Shown: piece by piece, positions 1 to 7,306 of the stretch
How the letters are laid out: each line of letters starts with the position of its first letter
Position numbering within the stretch: position 1 is the stretch's first letter
Assembly: GCA_006218065.1 (NCBI GenBank)
Contig: VBWE01000002.1
Coordinates: forward strand, 85,973-149,972
Direction of reading: 5' to 3'
Origin: Bacteroidota bacterium
Lineage (GTDB): Bacteria; Bacteroidota; Bacteroidia; Palsa-965
DNA: 64,000 nucleotides
Made by a program: the position numbers and the translations under genes
The notes under the pieces: generated by a model
What the model was told of the DNA's origin: nothing
The model's input: only the letters and a program-made list of their open reading frames with translations
The model's database searches: none

Positions 1-301
1 CGGATACGCTTGGCAATCTCCGAAGCGATATGCGCGAGTTTTTGCTTCCCATCGCGCACCATGCGGCTTGCCTCGGCTGAAAGAGCCGCAGGCTGCAAAA
101 ACTGATGGGTATAGAGGATGAGCTTTTGATACTCTGCTCTGATGCTGCCGACATACGGATCAAGATTCGTGTCGGTTGGAACGGGCCGGTTGTCTTTGGC
201 AAAATGTCGCGCATCTTTCTGCGCTGTTTCTTTCAACTCTCCGTGCTTCTTTGCGATTGTGCGTTCAAGTTCCGGGCTTGTTGTTCTCTTCACGTCTTTC
301 A
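1..301 (-). CDS. hypothetical protein, N-terminal ~100 aa only (gene runs off window start)
   Basis: Minus-strand ORF with ATG at 299-301 (MKDVKRTTSPELERTIAKKHGELKE...) and no in-window stop. Its 5' UTR (AAAAACGAAAGCC-ATG-AA) and the upstream 33-bp motif are near-identical to those of the next gene. Absent from the ORF track because it is open at the window edge. Confidence 0.35.
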
Positions 302-332
302 TGGCTTTCGTTTTTAAGGTTCTTGTGTACAG

Positions 333-365
333 ATATATACTTTGGCGTAACAGGATTTCTGACAC
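333..365 (-). promoter_or_regulatory. conserved 33-bp motif, copy 1 (ATATATAC-N3-GGCGTAACAGG-N5-TGACA on + strand), about 30 nt upstream of the minus-strand ATG
   Basis: One of three near-identical motif copies (333-365, 793-825, 1623-1655), each just upstream of a minus-strand start codon. In gene orientation it reads TGTCA-N5-CCTGTTACGC-N4-GTATATAT, followed by a conserved AAAAAC..GCC-ATG leader. Confidence 0.5.
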
Positions 366-366
366 G

Positions 367-768
367 TCAACGGGTTCGAGTCGGTTCTTTGCTTCTGCTG
401 ACTCGCAGGCTTTTGAGCGATTGTTTTCGTTCCGCTTCCTGTGGAGTGAGCTGCTCCTTTTCGACTTCTTGGTTATGGTGAAGGAGAATTGCCGCGAGCT
501 TTTCGCGTTCCTGATAGATATTCCGCTTCAGTTCATGGAGCTTTGCTGTAGGAGCGAGAAAGGTGTTCCCTGTTACATCAGTAGCTCGATATGAGGACAC
601 TTCCATGTGTGGATCATATTCTTTGTAAATGCGACCACCAACAGCAAAGTGTTTGCCCGGTGTTTTTACAAGAATGGCAATGAAGTGTTGCCCCTTTTTC
701 CAGACAGGATACTCGTGGAAACGCATCTGGATATCGTTGTTCTCGGTATTCTTTTTTTCTTGGTTCAT
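367..768 (-). CDS. small hypothetical protein, paralog 1 of a tandem family (KGQ...EYDP...D-TGN signature)
   Basis: ORF 367..831(-) trimmed to the internal ATG at 768 (MNQEKKNTENN...), because the 5' extension would read through the conserved upstream motif. Shares F-EY...KGQ...I-AI...G...EYDP...D(V/M)TGN with the next two genes. Glu/Lys-rich coiled-coil-like C-terminus. Confidence 0.5.
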   Translation of the reverse strand: MNQEKKNTENNDIQMRFHEYPVWKKGQHFIAILVKTPGKHFAVGGRIYKEYDPHMEVSSYRATDVTGNTFLAPTAKLHELKRNIYQEREKLAAILLHHNQEVEKEQLTPQEAERKQSLKSLRVSRSKEPTRTR

Positions 769-792
769 GGCTTCGGTTTTTGGTACGTGGAT

Positions 793-825
793 ATATATAC
801 CCGAGCGTAACAGGCCCTCTGACAT
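793..825 (-). promoter_or_regulatory. conserved 33-bp motif, copy 2
   Basis: ATATATAC-ccg-aGCGTAACAGG-ccctc-TGACA, about 24 nt upstream of the ATG at 768. The leader CAAAAACCGAAGCCATGAA matches copy 1. Confidence 0.5.
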
Positions 826-845
826 CACCATGAACTTTTATTGTG

Positions 846-1280
846 TTACCGTTCTTGACCCTTGCCTTTTTTCTCCCGCGTATTTCGGATCTCCTGTATA
901 TCGTTGGTTTTTTCGTCAAGATTCTGTTCCGGTTCTTCGGGGCTTGGTTCCTGATTCTCTAAAGCTTGAGTCTGTTCTTGTAATTTTTCAAGCCGCTCAT
1001 CCGCAAGACGGCGAGCGTTTTCTTTCAAATAGTTCTTTTGCTGGTAATCAGTCGGGGTCGGTTGGGTCAGTTCATTACCATCCATGTCTTTGGCGACATG
1101 CGACCACTTTTTGCTTTCGGGATCGTATTCGGTGAAAACTTGTCCGACTGGCACTTCGGTTGTTCCGTCGGGCATGATGAAGATTGCGTCGATACGGCGT
1201 TGGCCTTTCGCATACTTGGTGTATTCGACGAACTTGAGCTGATTATATGGCCCTTTCGGGGTGCTTGTTTCTGGTTGCAT
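846..1280 (-). CDS. small hypothetical protein, paralog 2 of tandem family
   Basis: 144-aa ORF. LKFVEYTKYAKGQRRIDAIFIMPDGTTEVPVGQVFTEYDPESKKWSHVAKDMDGNEL aligns with paralog 1. Acidic/coiled-coil C-terminus. Only 21 bp downstream of paralog 3, so probably co-transcribed. Confidence 0.5.
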   Translation of the reverse strand: MQPETSTPKGPYNQLKFVEYTKYAKGQRRIDAIFIMPDGTTEVPVGQVFTEYDPESKKWSHVAKDMDGNELTQPTPTDYQQKNYLKENARRLADERLEKLQEQTQALENQEPSPEEPEQNLDEKTNDIQEIRNTREKKGKGQER

Positions 1281-1301
1281 AGTGTTTTGTGTTAATGATT
1301 G

Positions 1302-1598
1302 TTAGTGTGCCGACAGGGTTAATAGTATCTGTGCAGCGTTATTGATAATGACTTCTCGCAGTCCTTTGAGTGTTGTGCTTTCTGCGAGTATGACTGTTCC
1401 GGTCATGTCCTTGAGGAGATACGCAGGATTATTTGTTTCGGAATCGTACACGATATATGTCCGGGCTTGCGTGCCGTGGCCACCCTGTTTCCCTCGGTGA
1501 ATCGTGGTTCTTAAATAATAGTTCTCGTAATCTGTACCGGGCAGAAATGTGACCCATAGGCCTTCTGTTCCTGTATTCTTTTCTTCTGTTTTCATCAC
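1302..1598 (-). CDS. small hypothetical protein, paralog 3 of tandem family
   Basis: 98-aa ORF (MMKTEEKNTG...) with the same core (YIVYDSETNNPAYLLKDMTGTV). Preceded by motif copy 3. Confidence 0.45.
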   Translation of the reverse strand: MMKTEEKNTGTEGLWVTFLPGTDYENYYLRTTIHRGKQGGHGTQARTYIVYDSETNNPAYLLKDMTGTVILAESTTLKGLREVIINNAAQILLTLSAH

Positions 1599-1622
1599 GA
1601 ACCTGTTTTAGTTTGTATACAT

Positions 1623-1655
1623 ACATATACCAAGGCGTAACAGGAGTCATGACAC
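1623..1655 (-). promoter_or_regulatory. conserved 33-bp motif, copy 3
   Basis: ACATATAC-caa-gGCGTAACAGG-agtca-TGACA, about 24 nt upstream of the ATG at 1598. Confidence 0.5.
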
Positions 1656-1671
1656 AGACTCTTGATTATTC

Positions 1672-1708
1672 TTGAGTGCGGAAAAAGCTCAGAAATTGAG
1701 TGCGGAAA
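1672..1708 (+). repeat. direct repeat TTGAGTGCGGAAA x2 (24-bp spacing), possible integrase arm-type sites
   Basis: Exact 13-mer at 1672-1684 and 1696-1708, immediately upstream of the tRNA 3'-half remnant. Confidence 0.35.
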
Positions 1709-1787
1709 TACGGGTAGATACTCCTTAATGCAGGATGATGCAATGCCTGTTTATGCGGGATTACGCAAGATTAGGGACAGAGCAGGG

Positions 1788-1831
1788 CGCTGTTAATCAT
1801 GGGGTCCCTGGTTCGAGCCCAGGAGGGGGAG
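1788..1831 (+). tRNA. partial tRNA: tRNA-Asn(GUU)-like 3' half (anticodon loop CTGTTAA through T-arm and acceptor 3' strand), no 5' half; probable att-site remnant
   Basis: CTGTTAA-tcatg-gggtc-CCTGG-TTCGAGC-CCAGG-AGGGGGA-G has correct tRNA spacing: anticodon loop, 5-nt 3' stem strand, 5-nt variable loop, 17-nt T-arm with canonical TTCGAGC loop, 7-nt acceptor strand and discriminator. No complementary 5' acceptor strand (TCCCCCT) or D-arm exists in the 100 nt upstream. Confidence 0.5.
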
Positions 1832-1839
1832 CTTCACTA

Positions 1840-1878
1840 AATGCCTGAGAGAGAAATCTTTCAGGCATTTTTGTTTTT
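1840..1878 (+). terminator. rho-independent terminator (AATGCCTGA...TCAGGCATT + T-run)
   Basis: 9-bp perfect stem, 12-nt loop, followed by TTTTGTTTTT. Sits 8 nt after the tRNA-like 3' end, like a native tRNA terminator. Confidence 0.6.
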
Positions 1879-2146
1879 GGTCTGCGGAGTCTGTGAGCAG
1901 AAAAATCGGTCAAGGGGCGAATCAAGGAGCGGCATTTTTCAAATTACCGGTCAATCGTGATGTTTTTTTGCGGCTTTTCTGTTGCTCGAACGGGTAAGAT
2001 TTCAGTAGGTGTTTCCTTCTCTTTTCTGGCTCTTTGTTTTCAGCCTTTTCCTCGAGTGCTTCAAGGATGTATTGAAAGGTTCAAACTATTATTTGGAAAA
2101 TAGCCTCAGGGATTATACTTTCATAAAAAATTAATCCTTTTCAATT

Positions 2147-2443
2147 ATGGCAACAAAGAAAAAGGAAGAAACTCCTGTTACAAATTCAAACATTAATACA
2201 AATAACAATACGAACAATATAAATCTCAATGTAAAAGTTGAGCAGCCAAAACCAGATAGAAGATCACCCTCCCCTCCAAAAAAGAAGCCGAATTGGGTTG
2301 TAAAAACGATTGTTATCGGCATTATCGGTCTCGTACTTTCCCTTCTGGGTGTTTATCTCAAAAGAACATTAGACGGAGGACACGGCAGTGTGCCGGGAGT
2401 GCATAGCGAAATAGCCAATACATCAAAAAATGATTTCACTTGA
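2147..2443 (+). CDS. hypothetical Asn/Lys-rich low-complexity protein with one C-terminal TM helix
   Basis: 98-aa ORF in a low-GC islet. N-terminal NTNNNTNNIN low complexity, KKKPNWVVKTIVIGIIGLVLSLLGVYL helix. Confidence 0.35.
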   Translation: MATKKKEETPVTNSNINTNNNTNNINLNVKVEQPKPDRRSPSPPKKKPNWVVKTIVIGIIGLVLSLLGVYLKRTLDGGHGSVPGVHSEIANTSKNDFT

Positions 2444-2961
2444 AAACTCCTCTGCAAATGAAAAACACACTACGCATTTCTACGATTCTGCTTTTCGGAA
2501 TCACTCTACTGCTTATAGATGGATGCAAAAAAGAAGGGCCACAAGGCCCAGCCGGAAATGCCAATGTTGTCTCCCATACCTTTTCTGCCTCCTCCTGGTT
2601 ATGGAGTTCGCCAAATTATTATGTTGATTTCACGGTACCTGAACTGACTTCATCGAATATCAATGAGGCTGCCGTTATGGTGTATTTCAGTACCGTTGCT
2701 GGGAATTGGATTGCAGTGCCCTACACGCAATACAATTCGCCATATGATTACTTTATGAATTTTTTAACTGCCGTTAATACTGTTGAAGTAAGGTGGTTTT
2801 ATGACAGTTCACTAAGCAGTGGAAATGATCCAAACGTATATTATGGAACGACGGTTCAATTCAAGATTGTCATTATTCCTCCTGGAATACGAAAAGCAAA
2901 TCCTGATTTGGATTTGACGAATTATCAAGCGGTAAAACTGCAGTTTGGTTTATTGGATTAA
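2440..2961 (+). CDS. hypothetical lipoprotein (lipobox LLIDGC, short collagen-like GPQGPAG)
   Basis: 173-aa ORF with a 4-nt overlap to the previous ORF. Signal peptide plus Cys lipobox. AT-rich codon usage unlike the rest of the window. Confidence 0.45.
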   Translation: MKTPLQMKNTLRISTILLFGITLLLIDGCKKEGPQGPAGNANVVSHTFSASSWLWSSPNYYVDFTVPELTSSNINEAAVMVYFSTVAGNWIAVPYTQYNSPYDYFMNFLTAVNTVEVRWFYDSSLSSGNDPNVYYGTTVQFKIVIIPPGIRKANPDLDLTNYQAVKLQFGLLD

Positions 2962-2972
2962 ATGTAATAGTC

Positions 2973-3161
2973 TTAATCAAAAATCAACGATTCTCCACAA
3001 AATACATCTCCATCACCCCCTTGTTCTTCGCCTCGATTTTCCCCCGCGGCGCCCTGTAATTCCAGGTGCAGGGAATCAATGACAGCCTGGTTTCCGCTCT
3101 GCGAGAGGCCGGGACACAAAAAAGTCACTACTGCTGCAAGCAGTAAAGCGATTTTTTTCAT
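2973..3161 (-). CDS. small secreted hypothetical protein
   Basis: Internal start MKKIALLLAAVVTFLCPGLSQ (signal peptide) within ORF 2973..3236. Confidence 0.25.
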   Translation of the reverse strand: MKKIALLLAAVVTFLCPGLSQSGNQAVIDSLHLELQGAAGENRGEEQGGDGDVFCGESLIFD

Positions 3162-3363
3162 GTAAAAAGGATAGCGGCCTCTCCTGTCGGGTTTCTCCTT
3201 GTGAAAGTGGGGAAAATTAGCTTTCCACGAACCCACCGCTCCCGGAAAGCTAAGAAGCCAAAGCTTTCCGCGGAACGGACGTTTTCATGGTCGCTGACAG
3301 GGCTTCCCGCAAACAAGCGGCGCTTTCAAAATTGCTTTTGACACCCTGTTTTGAAAATTCGTT

Positions 3364-5112
3364 TTACTTCGTCTTGATCAGCTTCCGGATCGTTTTCCCG
3401 GATTTCGTGATCACGGTCACATAATACGTTCCCGCAGCAAGATTGCTTTTCAGCGTAACCGGTACACGCTGCGCGTGCGTCTTTACTTCAATACGCTCGA
3501 GCAGTTGCCCGTTGCTGCTGCTTATGATGATGCAATCGCCCGTTTCGAAATGGTGATTGATCCACTCCACGGTGATCATGCTCTCGGCCGGGTTCGGGTA
3601 AATGAAAATTTCTTCTGCATCCTGTTTCGCCGGGATGCCGGTTACGCCGCTGCCTTCGGTGATGGTGATGAACTGGTCTGCGGAAATGTTCGTGTATGTT
3701 TCCGCCGTTTGCCCCAGCCATTCCACGATCACGCTGTCGATCATTGTCGCATTACCCAGTCCGAAATGCGCGCGCAGGTCGTGTTGTCCGCAATACGAAG
3801 TCTGCGCCGAAATTTCGCGGAGCTGCCAGGTCGGAACGCCGTTGATCACCGCATGTACGCGGATCTTCGTGCCGATCGCTGCGCGGTTGGTGTTCGTTCC
3901 CGCCAGCCTGATCGTGATCCAGTGATTCGAATTGCCGTCGTTGTGGTATAAAAAGTCGTTTTCATCCATGCTGTTGAAACGACAGGTAGCCACGGCAAGG
4001 TCTTCGAAACCGTCGTTGTCGTAATCGCCGAAAGCGCATCCGTACGACCAGGCCGAATCGTTGGCGAGGATGCTCGTGCTGTTTCGCGTAAAACTGCCGT
4101 TGCCGTTGTTCAGGTAAAAAAAGTTTACCAGCCGGGCCGGTGTCGTGAATGCATTGGTCACAAAAAGATCCAGGTCCCCGTCGTTGTCCACATCCGACCA
4201 GTCGGAACTGAACGAATTTCCGCCGCTGTTCGAAACCGTATCCGAAACGATCTTGGTAAAATTGAAATTTCCGTCGTTGCGGAAGAGCGCGTTATTGCCC
4301 TGGTCGTTGGCGAGAAAAACATCGAGGTCGCCGTCGTTATCGTAATCGCCCCAGCTGCCGCTCATGGTTTTTCCGCCGTCGGTCAGCAGCGCGCCGGTAG
4401 TAATGGAAGTGAAATTTCCGCCACCGTCGTTACGATACAGGTTTTCATTCTGCCCGCTTTCGTTCGTCACAAAAAGATCGAGATCGTTGTCGCTGTCGAT
4501 GTCCGTCCAGTTCACGCAACGCGATTCACGCTGATCGGTCACGGGCGAACCGGTGAGAATTTTCGTGAACGTATGATCGCCGTTATTGTGATAGAGGAAA
4601 TTCCGCATCGTTCCGGCGCTGTTGGTGACATACATGTCCACGTACCCGTCGTTATCGTAATCGCCCCAGGAACCGGTTTCGGAATAACCGCCATCCGTTA
4701 CGATATCGCCGGTTTGAAATATCAGGAAACCGACGAAGAGCGTGCCCCGGTAAAGCATATTGTTTACGTTGTACCAGTTTGCCACGAAACAATCAAGCAC
4801 ACCGTCGTTGTCGTAATCGGCAAAAGTGGCGCCGTCGGAAGGTTTTCCGTCGTTGACGATCGTGTCAAGACTATTTTCAGGAATAAATGTCCCGTTACCG
4901 ATATTCAGATATAACATATTGTCCTGTCCGCCCGAAGGACCGTTCGTGATGAAACAATCTACCAGGTTGTCGTTGTTCACATCCACCCAGTTCACCGAAC
5001 GCGAATCACCCGGCGTATTGACCAGCGGCCCGGTCGTGACTTTGGTAAAATTCTGCGCGGAAGAAACAGCGACCGCAAAGCAAACAGCGAAAAGAGTAAA
5101 AGTCGTTTTCAT
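3364..5112 (-). CDS. FG-GAP/VCBS (CRTAC1/ASPIC-like) repeat protein with T9SS C-terminal sorting domain
   Basis: Repeated DxDxDGxxD motifs (GDYDNDG, DVDNDGDLD, TDIDSDNDLD). Signal peptide MKTTFTLFAVCFAVAVSSAQ at the internal start. C-terminus IYPNPAESMITVEW...GTYYVTVITKSGKTIRKLIKTK is typical of a Por_Secre_tail. Confidence 0.7.
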   Translation of the reverse strand: MKTTFTLFAVCFAVAVSSAQNFTKVTTGPLVNTPGDSRSVNWVDVNNDNLVDCFITNGPSGGQDNMLYLNIGNGTFIPENSLDTIVNDGKPSDGATFADYDNDGVLDCFVANWYNVNNMLYRGTLFVGFLIFQTGDIVTDGGYSETGSWGDYDNDGYVDMYVTNSAGTMRNFLYHNNGDHTFTKILTGSPVTDQRESRCVNWTDIDSDNDLDLFVTNESGQNENLYRNDGGGNFTSITTGALLTDGGKTMSGSWGDYDNDGDLDVFLANDQGNNALFRNDGNFNFTKIVSDTVSNSGGNSFSSDWSDVDNDGDLDLFVTNAFTTPARLVNFFYLNNGNGSFTRNSTSILANDSAWSYGCAFGDYDNDGFEDLAVATCRFNSMDENDFLYHNDGNSNHWITIRLAGTNTNRAAIGTKIRVHAVINGVPTWQLREISAQTSYCGQHDLRAHFGLGNATMIDSVIVEWLGQTAETYTNISADQFITITEGSGVTGIPAKQDAEEIFIYPNPAESMITVEWINHHFETGDCIIISSSNGQLLERIEVKTHAQRVPVTLKSNLAAGTYYVTVITKSGKTIRKLIKTK

Positions 5113-5350
5113 GGACATGATTTTAACGCAAGAATAAGCATCGGGAACCAGCGCATGCAGGAAAGTCGCCATCCGCCCGGACGTCTTTGACCAACAGCAG
5201 GAAAAGTAACCCGAGTGTCGTTGGTCTGTTCCGGGAAGTATTTCAGGCCGGGGAAAATACCGTTCGTATATTTCAACCTGTTTTCCGGCGGAAAAGCGGA
5301 AATTTGAGTCGCAGGTTTTTTTATCTGAAAGATGATGTATTTCATTAACA

Positions 5351-5429
5351 CAACCACGGAGGCACGGAGAGCACAGAGGAACACGGAGACTCTCTGTGCC
5401 TCTCCGTGTCCTCCGTGCCTCCGTGGTTG
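5351..5429. repeat. 79-bp palindrome built from CACGGAG-like heptamers (19-bp perfect arms CAACCACGGAGGCACGGAG)
   Basis: Arms at 5351-5369 and 5411-5429 are exact reverse complements. The interior is a scrambled array of cacggag/cacagag units. Lies between divergent gene starts at 5112 and 5458. Confidence 0.55.
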
Positions 5430-5457
5430 TTTTGTCCCTCGGTAATTCCCCTGACTA

Positions 5458-6534
5458 ATGACCAAACGAATCCTGCTCCATCTTGCGTTCTGGCTGATCT
5501 ATTTCTGCATCGTCCTTTATAACGACTTATTTCTCTCCGCTTCTTTTCTTGCCAATCCTTCCTGGCCCTGGGCGTCGAAAGCAATCCTGGCGCAATCACT
5601 CCTGCTGCTGATCAAAATCGCGACCGTTTATTATACGCTTTACCTACTCATCCCGCACTGGATGAAAGCGCGGTCGAAAATCGTTCCCGTGCTCGAAACG
5701 CTGGCTTTGTGTATCGTTGCGCTGGTGCTTTACCGGCTTATGATCCAGGTGGTTATCTGGAAATGGATTTACAATTCCGAAGCGGCGCTGAACAACCTTT
5801 CTTTCGTTGCGCGCGCTTTCCATTCGCTGCTCGACATCCTGCAGGTGGCAGGTGTTGCCGCGGCGATCAAACTGCTGCGCCTGCGCCTGGCTGCCGCGCA
5901 AAAAGAAAAAGCGCTCGTCAGGGAAAAATTGTCTTCCGAAATTCTGCACCTGAAATCACAGGTCAACCCGCATTTCCTTTTTAATTCACTGAACAGCGTT
6001 TTTGCGCTTTCGCGGATGCAGTCGGAAAAAACGCCCGACCTGGTCATGCGGCTTTCCAATATCCTGCGGTATATGCTTTACCAGTCGGAGAAAGAATTCA
6101 GCACGATCGGCGAAGAAGTAAAGATCATCCGCGATTATATTGAACTGCAGCAGCTTCGTTTCGGCGACCGCGTAACAGTAAAAACGGAGATCAATATCGA
6201 TGAACCTGCTGCACAGATCACGCCGCTGCTGCTTTTGCCGCTGGTGGAAAACGCATTCAAGCACGGGGTCGGCGGCGTAGCCGGGAATACGGAGATCAGC
6301 ATACGGATCGCTTTCCGCGACGGCCGGCTGGTGATGCAAACCGGTAACGCAGTATCCGCAGAAAATACGCCGGAAACCGGTGAAACAGGAATCGGCCTGT
6401 CGAATATCCGCCGGCAGCTGGAGTTGTTGTACAAGGACTATACCTTTACTGCAGAAAAAAAAGAACAGGTTTTTTCCGTTAACCTGCACATCAATATAAA
6501 ATCGTATGCCGGGACTGAACTGTATCATCATTGA
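5458..6534 (+). CDS. LytS/YehU-family sensor histidine kinase (5-6 TM plus His_kinase/HATPase)
   Basis: N-terminal polytopic membrane region, QVNPHFLFNSLNSV (LytS-type H-box), and a C-terminal GxG ATPase region. Confidence 0.75.
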   Translation: MTKRILLHLAFWLIYFCIVLYNDLFLSASFLANPSWPWASKAILAQSLLLLIKIATVYYTLYLLIPHWMKARSKIVPVLETLALCIVALVLYRLMIQVVIWKWIYNSEAALNNLSFVARAFHSLLDILQVAGVAAAIKLLRLRLAAAQKEKALVREKLSSEILHLKSQVNPHFLFNSLNSVFALSRMQSEKTPDLVMRLSNILRYMLYQSEKEFSTIGEEVKIIRDYIELQQLRFGDRVTVKTEINIDEPAAQITPLLLLPLVENAFKHGVGGVAGNTEISIRIAFRDGRLVMQTGNAVSAENTPETGETGIGLSNIRRQLELLYKDYTFTAEKKEQVFSVNLHINIKSYAGTELYHH

Positions 6535-7207
6535 AGACGAGCCGCTGGCCGCAGGCATCATGCGCGATTATGTGCTGCAGGTTCCCGGGCTCGTGCTGCA
6601 GGGCGTTTACGGCGACGTGATCGCTGCGGGGGAGAAACTGCGCCAGGAAAAAACGGATATTATTTTTCTCGATATCAGCCTGCCGAAGATCAGCGGCCTG
6701 GAGTTTATCCGGGCGAACAAAAAAATGCCGCACATTATCATCACCACAGCGTATCACCAGTACGCGGTGGAAGGATTCAACCTCAGCGTGGCGGATTACC
6801 TGCTCAAGCCCATCGACTTTCCGCGCTTTTTGCAGGCGGTGAACAAAGTGTTCGCGCTGACAACCGGCGGGCAGAAAGAAACGGAAACGACCGGGAAGGA
6901 TTTTCGCTTTTTTATTTCGGACAAGAAAAAAATCAAAATCTTCACCCGCGATATTATTTACGTGGAAGCCCTGAAAGATTACGTGAAAATCCACACACCC
7001 GAAACGGTGGTGGTTACGAAAATGCAGATCGGGCAGGTGGAGCAGGAGCTCGGTGCCCTGAATTTCCTGCGCATCCACAAATCGTTTCTTGTCAACCTCG
7101 ATCACCTTACCGCCTACAATGCGCAGGAAATGGAACTCGGCAAACACAAAGTTCCCATCGGCCGCACCTACGCCGAAATGCTGCGGAGCAGGATGGGAGA
7201 TGCCTGA
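6506..7207 (+). CDS. LytTR-family response regulator
   Basis: REC domain (IIEDEPLA...DIIFLDISLP, K-P motif) plus a C-terminal LytTR DNA-binding fold (KIKIFTRDIIYVEALKDYVKIHT...FLRIHKSFLVN). 29-nt overlap with the upstream kinase. Confidence 0.8.
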   Translation: MPGLNCIIIEDEPLAAGIMRDYVLQVPGLVLQGVYGDVIAAGEKLRQEKTDIIFLDISLPKISGLEFIRANKKMPHIIITTAYHQYAVEGFNLSVADYLLKPIDFPRFLQAVNKVFALTTGGQKETETTGKDFRFFISDKKKIKIFTRDIIYVEALKDYVKIHTPETVVVTKMQIGQVEQELGALNFLRIHKSFLVNLDHLTAYNAQEMELGKHKVPIGRTYAEMLRSRMGDA

Positions 7208-7261
7208 CAGGCTTACCATCTTTTAACAATCGGCTTTGGAAAACAGGCCGGGAGCCGCATT

Positions 7262-7290
7262 GAAATCGTTATTTTTATGCAAACGATTTC
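7262..7290. promoter_or_regulatory. 9-bp inverted repeat GAAATCGTT-N11-AACGATTTC upstream of the AraC-family gene
   Basis: Perfect IR about 20-45 bp upstream of the ATG at 7307. No T-run, so operator-like rather than a terminator. Confidence 0.3.
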
Positions 7291-7306
7291 CGCTTAATCC
7301 GCGTCC

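Noticed and set aside
367-831. Longer 154-aa form of paralog 1 starting at 831
   Set aside because: The extension reads through the conserved upstream motif and leader shared with the other copies. The internal ATG at 768 is preceded by the conserved AAAAACCGAAGCC leader.
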